From: Epithemia pelagica
Taxonomy: Eukaryota; Protista; Bacillariophyta
Reading direction: 5' to 3'
Length of the DNA stretch: 64,000 bases
Assembly (NCBI GenBank): GCA_946965045.2
Contig: OX337230.1
Coordinates: forward strand, 3,162,001-3,226,000
Shown here: positions 32,447 through 42,906 of the stretch, in pieces
Position numbering within the stretch: the stretch's first letter is position 1
How the letters are laid out: every line of letters starts with the position of its first letter
Program-made: the position numbers and the translations under genes
The notes under the pieces: generated by a model
The model's database searches: none
Told to the model about the DNA's origin: nothing
The model's input: the letters and a program-made list of their open reading frames with translations, nothing else

Positions 32447-35394
32447 TAGGGTCTTCAAGTTTCTTAGCCGAAGTTTCTCCGCCTAAATTTAGGGGCCTAA
32501 GTTTTCGTAACTTACAAGACTCAACGCCATGTCCACCGAAGTTTAGGTAGGCCCTTTTGTTAACTAGGCATAGGTACCGTAGGTATCCAACCGTTGATGT
32601 TGGCAGTTGGCATGAGATCTTGACAGGCTGATATCTTTGGGATCTTTGCAAGAACAACAACAATGATGACACATAAACGATGAACAACAACAAACGATTC
32701 AGCAATCAAACAAACTCCGATCACATTTGTTGGAGACAGGAGCAGCAGAAGTTGCAATGGAGAACGAAAGTACTGCTGACGAGCAGCCGAATACTACTGT
32801 TGTGACGTTCCAAGATCTGTCACCGTTGACAGCTGAAACACAACGACGACAAGGACAAGACGAGGAACAGCAACAACAAGAAGGCACGACGACGGCCATG
32901 GTTTCGACGACGACAACGGAAGGCGACGAGGAGCAGGATGAACCATTCGAAGTGGCTACGGGACGAAGTGACACCAACGATGAAGACGATACTACGACCA
33001 ACGACTCAACGACGTTGTCGCAAAATAAGCGAAAGCCACCCAAAAAAGAAAGCCAACCAATACATCCGAGAGCAGTTTGAGATTTCCCCTGACCCGGATC
33101 GAGAAGGATACTTGAAGATTGTGTGCATCCATTGCCAGATGTACAAAAATTGGAAGACTTTCAATGCAAGTGTTGCATCTGATCACATCGTTCAGAAATG
33201 CAAGAACGCTCCTACTGAAATTCGCCAACTCTGTGATGGCCAAACTCAAGCTAGTAAGCGTGCCAAGACACAATTGGGTTTGATTGTTGGTGGTCCACTC
33301 AGCCAAGAGAGGGTGATAGCATCAGAGTCTTCAGGTGCATCAAGTTCTGTATCCTCGCTGTCGACAAGTTTACGAGACAAGGCCAGGTCCAAACCAGGAG
33401 ACAAAGCAGGTCGCAAGAAACACCAGCAGTCGTCCATACAGAGTTTGTTGAAACTACCCTCGCACGCTTCGAGCCCATGCAACGTCTGTTGGACCCGTTC
33501 GTCCAAGACGAACTCGTCACACGGTTTGGTAAGGGTATTATGAAGTTTGTGCCCCACCACCCAGACACAATCTACAAGCGCTACGTCATGGTGATTGACA
33601 AACAGTGTCAACTAGAGCTGAACACCATGATGCAAAAGATTCCAGGAGGCATGACCATTGCAGCTGATGGTGTCACCTGCAATGGTGCCAGCACCATTCT
33701 CTACACCATTGCGAAAGGAAGTGTTAGTTTATTTGCAAAGGCCTCTCGTCTTCGCAACCTTGCCCATGCAACAGAGGCTGAGACGCAAGACATGGTTGAT
33801 TTCATGGTGAAGACGCGACGTGACTACAATTCTCCCTTGTGCTGTGTTGCAACAGACAACGCTGCCACGAAAGTTGTGAAAGAGGCATGTGAAATCTACA
33901 AGTCCAACAACCCCAAAGAGCCCAACATACTGAGCAATCGTGACTGTGCTCATTGTATTGACCTGTTGGCAAAGGATGTGGCCAAGGTCCCATGTATTGA
34001 TTCACTCCTGTCAGACATTGCCATGCTGATGGAGTTTTCAACCACAGACAATGTAGATGGGATTCGACATGAGCTAGTCCGAACTGGCGATCTACCAGCA
34101 ACCTGTGGCAATGTCTCCAACTACTCTGAGACAAGGTTCAACAAGGTTGGTATGACCTTGGAGTCGGTTCTGAACCAAAAGCCTTTTTATGAATGGTGCA
34201 ACGGGCACCATCCCATGTTTGAGCGATACTACAACTCGCGAACACAGAGGCGTAAGGAAAAGATTGATGCAACCCTTCGACTAGTTACACGTGATCTATG
34301 GGCTAAGGTGGAAGTTGTTGCCAAGATTTATGCTGTGATTGAACATGCAACAAAGCTTGTGTCGGACGATGACTTTCCAATCTCCGCGTACTACCCCGTG
34401 ATTGTTGCCATGCGCAACGAGTTGAATGGTGTATTGGGTTCAGGAACAGCAAGTGGCAGCAGATCCATTGATGCAATCTTCAATCTCCGTGGGGCACGGA
34501 ACTCCATTGTTGAGTTCTGCGACAATCGGTTCAACTATGATGGATCGGAACCACCTGGACGGAAAGTTGGTCTCTTAGACAAGTACCAAATCTGGGCTTT
34601 TCTCGTGGATCCCTTCAGGTCCAGAATCCCCAAGCGACCTATCATTCACCCATCAATTGCTCGTTGCATGCAGGATGCAATTGAGTTCTTTGTGATTCCT
34701 TCACAGGAACCACCTCCACCCCCACCACCGAATGCTGGACCTGTCGAGCCACCCAATAAGCGTCCCACTGTGTGGGGTAGGGTCGAAGCTCCGGACACAA
34801 GGGACATCAGGTTGATTGTGGATCAGGAGTTCAGGTCCTATCTTGGTCACACAGGGAAGTGGATTGATCTCTTCCCCACAGAGAGCCCACGTCCACCTTC
34901 TGATTGATTCCAGGAAGAGCGCGAACTCACGATCCAAATGGTGAGTCAGTGGGTGAGTACCACAGGTGGCCACCAAGGGAGGCTGGAGTTTTTTAGCATT
35001 GCTCCTCCAAGTAAGTTGTACGATCTTGTGATTGAACCACTTCTTTTGGTTCGTTCGACTGGCTCTATCTCTGTCGAGCGAGTTGCCAAGCCACTCAAAA
35101 ACAACGTTTGGAGTAAGTTGCGCAGTAATCTTGGGCAAGACAAGGCGGAAGTCTGTCTGCGAGCTGGGCTGAACTTACGGTATTTAATGAAGGTAAGGTC
35201 CACTGTCCGTAAAGCAACGAATGAACAAGTTGTGGATCATTGTGATGATGACTTGTTTGGTTCGATTTCTATGTATTGAAAAATGAGACTCCATAGCCGT
35301 ATTCCATAGCCACCTAAACTACAAAACCTAAACTTAGCCTAAATTTCATAGCAAGTTAAGCAAAAATTTCATTTACCTAAGTTTGAAGACCCTA
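32447..35394 (+). mobile_element. hAT DNA transposon (2948 bp), 12-bp TIR TAGGGTCTTCAA, 8-bp TSD CTCAACAG
   Basis: CTCAACAG(32439-32446)|TAGGGTCTTCAA ... TTGAAGACCCTA|CTCAACAG(35395-35402). An 8-bp TSD and a TAGGG terminus are diagnostic of hAT. Confidence 0.95.
32727..35279 (+). pseudogene. hAT transposase (BED finger, DUF659/DDE core, dimerization domain) with two frameshifts and one nonsense codon
   Basis: BED-like CIHC...HIVQKC, ADGVT, VATDNAA, RDCAHCIDLLAKD, ETRF, C-terminal SISVERVAKPLKN. Frame shifts in the A-run at ~33050 and at ATA-CA-GAG ~33437; in-frame TGA at 34905-34907. Confidence 0.9.
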
Positions 35395-35466
35395 CTCAAC
35401 AGACCACACATTATTGGTTTAAGGTTACGTATCTCTACCCAGAGAGATTGGATATGCAACGTCTTC

Positions 35467-38277
35467 TCAGCTCAATTCAGAGCACAGTTCTGACTCTGAC
35501 GAATAGCCCGAGGACGCGGATGAATAGCTTGTTTGACTTCTCAAGTCAAATACGACGGGCTCTCTGTCTTCTCCTGGGCAATGGATATCAATCATTTCAT
35601 TGGATTCACTATTTTCTACTTCCTGTTTCGCCAGCTTCAGCGGTTTGCCCGAACGTCGCATGCGCCGGCATGAACTCTTCTTTTCAAACTCAATGTGAGT
35701 GAAGGGAGCCCCAATTTGACCACCCGCAGTATTCCCATTGTTCTCGGTACTATCTTGATCGTTGGGTGGTGATGCTCCTTCTTGCGGTTCGAGAACAATC
35801 GGAGTGGCGTCATGACGTTTCTTTCGAAGCATCATGTCTCTTTCGTCGGAAAGCAAAGGAAAAGGCGCCTGTAAGGAAGCCGCATCAAAACTGACAACAT
35901 CATCTTCGTCAACTTCAAAACCATCGTCTTGATTTTCATTCACAGGGATTCCCGCTCCACGCTGGCCCTTCTTTTGATTCGCAATGGGTCCGCATGGCAC
36001 CCAGGTTGCCCATGAATTGCCATGTTCTGGTTTCTTCTTGTCATCAGCTTGCCCTGAACCATTGGATTTTGGCGTTCGAAAGACTTCAATATTGGGATGA
36101 TGGTCGTCTTCTTCCGGTGGATTCTGCGTCGTGGCTGATGGGCTATCATCTGGATACGATACTTGAGGTTCCAGCTTGATCCTTACGCTTTTTGGCTTTT
36201 TGAATTTCCACATGAACGACAAGGGTGCTTCACCCTCATTGCCCTCTCCAGTGTTATTGTGCGAGGCAAACGGTGAGCACCGTACCGTACTCAGCCACTT
36301 GTTCAGCGCTTCGGTGGAAGATTTATTTTTTGCATAACTGGACGCTGAACTCTTGAGGATGGATGCAAGAGGCTTGCCGCTGTAATGGGTGCTACTGTTC
36401 GATGTCTCAATGGACATAGCATTGCTCGCGGCTCTTGTCACCGGTGTAGGGCTTTTCGTGTGTTGCCGAAGAAGTTGCTGCTCCAATAGCAATGGAGTAT
36501 GGTCTTGACCACCGCCTTGTTGGTGGACATCGGCCAGCAGAGCGGCCAGGCTTCGTGTGGAACTCGAGGCAGCAGAGGAACCGGCATCACCAATATTCCA
36601 TGCAGCTTCAGGGGAAAAGTCATTCGGCAAATCATGGGGAAAGCAAGGATCTTCTGGGTTGGTGACGAATGCCGAACCTTCATCTGAAACAGAAGATCCA
36701 GCGGATGGCACTGTGTGCGGCCCTGAAGATGTATCGGCAGAAGTTCCCGAAGAGGAGTGGGTGGTGGAGCTGCAGCTGTCTTCTTCGCGTCCAAACAATA
36801 TATAAGGCTTTGATGAAGCAACCGACGGTGCCTTTTCGATTGATGAATCGCTGTTTTTCTTGAGGGTGTCATGGTCCCGATCATCCTCAGGATCATTTTC
36901 CACTCCATGCTTTTCCTTCATGACCTTGTACAAGAGTGTTGACCAGATATCCGATGATTTCGAAGACGATTTATTGTGCCGATTGCGACGTCCTCTGTGG
37001 TGTTGATGAACAGAGCTCGAACGTGTCTGATTAATATATTGCGTCAATGGTTCTTCCTCCGAAGGTGCGAGTAGATCTTCCTTTGAGTTTGAAGCCTTTA
37101 AAGTGACCTGGGTTGAGACGGTTGAGACGCTAGCTTTGCGTGTGAGCTCCAAGTCGGGACGTGGTGATGACAAGATTGCGTCTCCACCAACAGGTGCCGT
37201 GTTGGTCCGCATGGCTAGTTCGAATTTGGGAGGAGTCCTGGCCGGGCTTGAAGCGACTCGGCGTTGCCGTTGAGGTGAAGAAGAGAACGATCGTTGCCTT
37301 GGAGATTCAGCAATAATCTTTATTGAATAAACATTTTCAGGTGTCTCAGCGTGGGATACGCTGTTTCTCCTCATCGCGACTCTACCCTTGCTGTGTTTTT
37401 CCCTACTACGACTTCTCCATCGCCTTTGTGGAGCTTCCTCCACGCTATCATCGCTTTCCTGGATGGTCACTTCTGCCTCGACAGCATCATCAAAGGCAGT
37501 AGTAGTGGCGACAGCTGGGGTTTCAGTGGCACTTGCCGATGTGTCCAGGGTGGACGTGGTTCTTCGACGCATGCTGCCGTTCCGCCACTTTCTCGGTGAG
37601 AGTGATCGACGCAATCCTGGTTTCGTGCGCGTCTTGTAAGGCGAAACACCATCGTCCCCCTCTTCCTGCAAATTGGCTGATGCCGACAAAGTCGATTCGG
37701 TTGTGGTACTGCTCACGCCGTCGGTTTTGCCCGAGCGTTGCTGTCGCTTAAAACCTTTTCCCCCGAAACTGCGTGATCTGTTCTCATCCTTGTTATGTTT
37801 TGGAACCCCATCTTCAGCTTCTGAATGATCTTCTTGGCCTTCCTTCAAGAACTGCAATGCCGGCATCAAGCTGAAGGCATTCATACTCTTCCCAGCGCTG
37901 CTTCTCGACGATACTGCAGAAGAAACTGTGTTGTAAAACTCCTCTTCATCAGGGTCATGCTCTTTGGATATTATCACTTCTGTGCGGAAGGATTCCTCAA
38001 TTATGTTGTTGCTGTAAAAGTTCACCTCGGACTCCTCCTGGTCCTGATCTACCGGTAGCTCGTTCCATGCCGTATTTCTTCGCTTTTTTCGAAAGAGCCT
38101 CTTCCTCCAACTCGATCGACCCGAAGTGTTTCCATTCATCGTAGGATCTGTGTGTGCGATCATGGCATTTGTCATGATCTCATGGACATGCACTCCCTCT
38201 TGAGTTTGTGTGCGTCCACGAATTACAAGTCGGTGGCACTGCCCAAAAAATCTCTTAAAAAATGAGGACTTGCTCAT
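35467..38277 (-). CDS. Hypothetical disordered protein (936 aa); paralog of 26444-29038
   Basis: ATG-initiated long ORF with motifs VTLKASNS, IWSTLLYKV, RSLAALLA, LNKWLST, WVPCG in the same order as the paralog. Confidence 0.78.
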   Translation of the reverse strand: MSKSSFFKRFFGQCHRLVIRGRTQTQEGVHVHEIMTNAMIAHTDPTMNGNTSGRSSWRKRLFRKKRRNTAWNELPVDQDQEESEVNFYSNNIIEESFRTEVIISKEHDPDEEEFYNTVSSAVSSRSSAGKSMNAFSLMPALQFLKEGQEDHSEAEDGVPKHNKDENRSRSFGGKGFKRQQRSGKTDGVSSTTTESTLSASANLQEEGDDGVSPYKTRTKPGLRRSLSPRKWRNGSMRRRTTSTLDTSASATETPAVATTTAFDDAVEAEVTIQESDDSVEEAPQRRWRSRSREKHSKGRVAMRRNSVSHAETPENVYSIKIIAESPRQRSFSSSPQRQRRVASSPARTPPKFELAMRTNTAPVGGDAILSSPRPDLELTRKASVSTVSTQVTLKASNSKEDLLAPSEEEPLTQYINQTRSSSVHQHHRGRRNRHNKSSSKSSDIWSTLLYKVMKEKHGVENDPEDDRDHDTLKKNSDSSIEKAPSVASSKPYILFGREEDSCSSTTHSSSGTSADTSSGPHTVPSAGSSVSDEGSAFVTNPEDPCFPHDLPNDFSPEAAWNIGDAGSSAASSSTRSLAALLADVHQQGGGQDHTPLLLEQQLLRQHTKSPTPVTRAASNAMSIETSNSSTHYSGKPLASILKSSASSYAKNKSSTEALNKWLSTVRCSPFASHNNTGEGNEGEAPLSFMWKFKKPKSVRIKLEPQVSYPDDSPSATTQNPPEEDDHHPNIEVFRTPKSNGSGQADDKKKPEHGNSWATWVPCGPIANQKKGQRGAGIPVNENQDDGFEVDEDDVVSFDAASLQAPFPLLSDERDMMLRKKRHDATPIVLEPQEGASPPNDQDSTENNGNTAGGQIGAPFTHIEFEKKSSCRRMRRSGKPLKLAKQEVENSESNEMIDIHCPGEDREPVVFDLRSQTSYSSASSGYSSESELCSELS

Positions 38278-39419
38278 GTGCTATAGCAATACACAGTGGC
38301 GGTTGCTTCAAACGACTGCGATAAAATTTGCTACTATCAGGAAGCACGCTCCCCAATCCCGAAGTCTTTGCCTTGATTTTTTGGTTTGTACTGTACGAAA
38401 GAGGCCGCGAGCACGAGTCCCTTGCCATTTCGGAAATCCGGGGCATATGTAAAATGTCACGGTAAGCAGAACTTATAAGCGACTTTTCTCTACACACAAT
38501 GTCGAATCGGCGGGAAAGGGTCGTTTCATATGCATCCCTTCACAAGGCTTAAATATTACAATAGCCTTCTTGCACAGCCAGGAAGTATTCGCGAGCAGAT
38601 CAGCTTTGAAATCTTATCTTTCCTTCCATTTAATTTACATCTCTCGTCAAACACAATTTTAGGTCAAAGGCGACCGATTTTGTTGGAAAGACGCTTGAGT
38701 TGTAGTTTAGCCTTCGCATGGAAAATTCTCTATCGCTAGGGAGCGAAGTCGACTCGACGTGCTGTAGTCAAGTTGTACAACAGAATTCATGTCCATAAGG
38801 AATTTTCCGATCATTGCCCTTCTGAAATTTTCTCTTTCCGGCGTAGCGCCGGGCGAGGAGACTTGTTTTTCTGGACATGGCCTTCGGTTCAGACGTCTAC
38901 TCCTACCGACACCAAAATGTCATCCATATGATCTGGATAGGTCTCTCGGAGGTCTACAAGACACCTCTTCAGAAATATTAGAGATTCGGAAACGTTTTCA
39001 TTGTTGTTCCTCATGCACAACGGTTTTCGTTGTCTATTTTGTGAGACAAGCCGATAACGGATCTATAGACAATAGTTCGTGGATGATAGATTCATGACCA
39101 CGGCCTTTCCTCACTCCTCACACAAAGTAGGTTCGAGAAACGAGTCAAGTCGAGACTATGTTCATGGGAGTACTACGAATCGGTCCGTTCAATGCAAGTA
39201 AAATCATACAGTTTTAAGCAGTATTCGTTAGCGGTTCACAGATAGGTGATAAATTACAATACGTAGACGTTTCGGAAAGGGATGAAAGACACGTCGTGAG
39301 TCTATCCGTCCATGGTGATAATGGCCAAAACTCTTGGCTGCATCTTGAGATCAATCACACACAAGACGACAACTGTTTGGTTGCCCTGGTATCGCTAGCC
39401 TCCTGTCCAATGTGCATCG

Positions 39420-41675
39420 TTAGGTACGATCGGGATAGTCCAAAAATGCCGGATCGGTGCCACCAGCACCTCCATTGGTACAGGCACTGCCCGATAGGAC
39501 ACTGGCCCAGCACAATTGCGATTTCCTCGATTTTGTTTGCGGCACTTGAACCAAGGAATTTTCGTCCGTGGATTTGGACAGTTCCGATTGACGCTTTTCC
39601 AGAGTGACATTGTGATCCAAGAGTTGGATGTATTCCAAACTGGGTCGTCGGGTTTGATACGGGGATCTTGTCTTTTTGCTACCCGCCTTGTCCTTGTCGA
39701 CTGTCAAGTCCAGGCCCTTGTCTTCTTCTTGTTTAACGCACATGGCACTGACGCAATTGAGTGACTTGGTGTTGGAGGATGATGGTTCTTGAATGACTGG
39801 TTTGGAGGGCGAAGCAGGTACTTGTGTGTTTGACACGTTTCGAGTCGGCGGTACGGCCGGTGGTTCGTTTTCGAGATCTTGACTTTCCACCTTGTCAAGA
39901 TATGATTCTTTCGTTTCTTGGTCCGTGTCTGCCAAGAGCCCAATGTTATGATTGCGAACGGCCAGGGGTTTCATGGACACTGGCTTGGTCGTCGGAGCTT
40001 CCTGTTTGGCGGCTCTTGCTGTTTCTTTCTGGTTGGGACAATTTCCTTCTGCTTGTTCTTCTTGTTGCCGATTCCAAAAGCCCACTGATTCCAAAACTCG
40101 TTCGTCGTGTTCCTCATCGTCATCATCATCATCCTCTGGTTCACTTTCGGCCTTGTCAAATAAGGAGACCATTTTGGAGGCCTTGAGGGCGGCACGCCGT
40201 ACCCGTACTCGTTTGGCTTGTTCCAGTGCGGACGAAAAGGCTGCTCCCAGGTCCATGGCATGGACTGTTTTGTGTTGGTTGTTGTTGCTGTGGCCGGGAA
40301 GAGATTGGTAGGGGGACCGAGGACTCTTGGCAGCCGCAGCAGTACGGACTGGCTTGTTCTTGAGGTGGTTCTTGCTGTTGTTCTTGTTGTTGCTGTTTTT
40401 GAAAAAGGAAAAGGTTCTCAACAGTGGTTTGACATTGCGTGGAGTTGCGACGGGTTCTTCTTCATGTTCTTGTTCTTCTTCGTACGACGGTCTTGTGTGT
40501 CGGAGCGAGTCGGCATCGGCCAACTCTCGTGATTCGGTATGTGTAATCACCAAGTCTTCTTCTTCGTCGTCGTCATGGTGGTGACTGCCGCGAGATGGAT
40601 GGCTGGAATACAAGTCTTCTTCTGGTCGACTGGGCGGATGAAACAAGTCATCTTCTTTTTCTTCTTCGTCATCGTCGTCGTCGTCCGTCTCGGTGGTTGG
40701 ATCCAACAAGAACGTGTCGGGAACGGCCCAGAATTGTTCCGGACTGGCCGTCACTACACGACAACCACCTTGAGAGGAGGATGATTTTGTCAAGGAACTG
40801 CTACTCCGTGTGGCCAATTGCAAAATGGTCAAGATTTGCACCGGCTGATTGTCCGGCCGGAGAAGGTCCGCATCGGGTCCTCCCACGGACGTAGCAAGAG
40901 GAGGAGTAGAGGCAGTTTGTTGTGGTTGTGGTTGGGACGACGGTGTTTGTGGTGGAGACTGTCTGGATTCATCCTGAGTCGAGTCGGCCGTAGTATCGAG
41001 TGAGGATGATACTTGTTCTGGCAGCAACAAGAGACCAGAACTGGAATAGCGTCGACACAAGAATGGACTGGGCGATGCCAGGTCACTACTGGTTCTGGTT
41101 TTGTTGTGTGTCTCGTCACTGCTCGTAGTGCGACTAGTCTTGGACCGTACTGGTTCGGTGCTACTACGAATGGGTTGAACCAAAGGGGATGTACTGTCTG
41201 TGGTGGTGGTGGTCTCGGTGGATCGATTCATTCGTCGAAAGCGTTGCTTCCAGCTACGACGTCGTGTGGTGACTGTGGTAGTGACTGTGGTGGCAGGCGC
41301 TTCCTCCAACACATGGACATTTTTGTTGTTGTTGTTGTTGTTGAGGGCTTTGTCCGATTCCAGTTTTTCGGTATAGGGACTTGTTCTTCGGGGCAAAATC
41401 ATGTTGTGTATGTGTGTGTGTGTGATTGCCGCAAGGAGGTGGCCCTTCTTCTTCTGGATCTGGAAGGAAGGAGATGTGTTCCAACCACGGATTGGTGCAG
41501 TTGTGGTTCGACACACAAACGATGTCTCCTGTTTTGAAATGGATGACTTGTTGTGTGTGTGTGTCCACAAAATCTGGTGAGCACTACCTATTACATACAA
41601 TAGTGCTGCGAGCCGAGTGGTTGTTGCGCGGGTTGATACAACATGTTGTAGAGTTGGCTTCTCTGCGTTGCGCAC
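39420..41675 (-). CDS. Hypothetical disordered protein (likely ATG 41402, MILPRR...)
   Basis: Long ORF, S/T/D/E/N-rich, no recognisable domain. Confidence 0.7.
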   Translation of the reverse strand: MRNAEKPTLQHVVSTRATTTRLAALLYVIGSAHQILWTHTHNKSSISKQETSFVCRTTTAPIRGWNTSPSFQIQKKKGHLLAAITHTHIHNMILPRRTSPYTEKLESDKALNNNNNNKNVHVLEEAPATTVTTTVTTRRRSWKQRFRRMNRSTETTTTTDSTSPLVQPIRSSTEPVRSKTSRTTSSDETHNKTRTSSDLASPSPFLCRRYSSSGLLLLPEQVSSSLDTTADSTQDESRQSPPQTPSSQPQPQQTASTPPLATSVGGPDADLLRPDNQPVQILTILQLATRSSSSLTKSSSSQGGCRVVTASPEQFWAVPDTFLLDPTTETDDDDDDEEEKEDDLFHPPSRPEEDLYSSHPSRGSHHHDDDEEEDLVITHTESRELADADSLRHTRPSYEEEQEHEEEPVATPRNVKPLLRTFSFFKNSNNKNNSKNHLKNKPVRTAAAAKSPRSPYQSLPGHSNNNQHKTVHAMDLGAAFSSALEQAKRVRVRRAALKASKMVSLFDKAESEPEDDDDDDEEHDERVLESVGFWNRQQEEQAEGNCPNQKETARAAKQEAPTTKPVSMKPLAVRNHNIGLLADTDQETKESYLDKVESQDLENEPPAVPPTRNVSNTQVPASPSKPVIQEPSSSNTKSLNCVSAMCVKQEEDKGLDLTVDKDKAGSKKTRSPYQTRRPSLEYIQLLDHNVTLEKRQSELSKSTDENSLVQVPQTKSRKSQLCWASVLSGSACTNGGAGGTDPAFLDYPDRT

Positions 41676-42906
41676 ATAAAAATGTGGCGACGGATTGGAA
41701 GGCCTTCTGAAATGGCGCGTGCAATGGGTCGGCAGGCAACGGAATCCATTGGTTGGATGTGCTCTCTCAACGGAGGGTACTTAACAAGATTTTCGGTTGT
41801 CATTCCGACAGGCGTTTTGGGGACAAAGTCCTCTACACGAATGAATCCCCCCAAATGACACCGACCTCGGATGCTGATTGCTGATGGAAAAGCGGAAACA
41901 CAGCAGGCCGCACCCCGACACAAGCAGTCAAAGGAGAAGAACAGCTAGCCCCATACCCAGGATGACAACAAGGTCTCTACCTAGGTAGAGAGTTTACTAC
42001 AGCTTCCGCTCCTATTGGATTCCAACGGCAGCCTAGGTTTTGTAGAACGAGAGATTGTCTTGCAATCCAACCCGCCTTTGGGACATTTACAATTTACTCC
42101 TACATCCGTAATCCACGCTAGAGGTTACACCAAGTAGTACACTTTTGACAGAAAGAGCCTGGTCGAGTTTTTGTTTTGTGAGCAACCACAAAAACAAACA
42201 CCAAACAGAGTCTTCTTCTTGATTTTTCTCTCGTGTCCGTTCCTTTTCACCAAAGTATCTATCTTTTCTGTGTACCCCAGAATCGTGTCAGCCGACTGAT
42301 TCTCAAGGTAGGGTTCTGGCACTCTCCTCTACAAAGTTTCGTACCCATCGACATGAGGCGGGGGAGCCAATTTTTTGGCGATGGCTTTAGGCACGTGCAA
42401 CACAAAACGTTGTACTGCGGTAGTTTGGAGCTAGAGGGGAAGGCATGGAGGAATAGGCAAAGTCTAAGTACTATCATGTGGACGACGCCACACGCCACTC
42501 CTTAGGCTAATAAGGGAATATATCGCTTTGACAGATGGACCGTAGAGCCTTTTGTATATGAGGCATTGGTCATAAACTAATGGGCAAATGAAACCATGAC
42601 CTTGAATGGAATAGCTTGCGAATAAACAGCACCAACAATTGGAGCGTTCTACTCTACTAGTCACGCCTCGATCCTCAGTAGTATCATGATTGTCATCAAA
42701 CGATCAAGCCACACGTGTTCATCGAACAAAATCGATGGATCGTCTAGCCTGTGCATGTTCTTAAGTGTCACCTTCGATTCCTATGGAGAATCGCAACCAA
42801 AATGAGACGGCCAGTTCTGTGAACAGTCAGTCACAAGAGGAATAAGAACCGCCCTTCTCCCGACTTGGCGCAGGATGGACCGTCTTTCTCTCTGTGTTTG
42901 TTCCTT

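Noticed and set aside
38450-38760. Possible MITE upstream of the 35467 gene
   Set aside because: AT-richer composition, but no convincing terminal inverted repeat.
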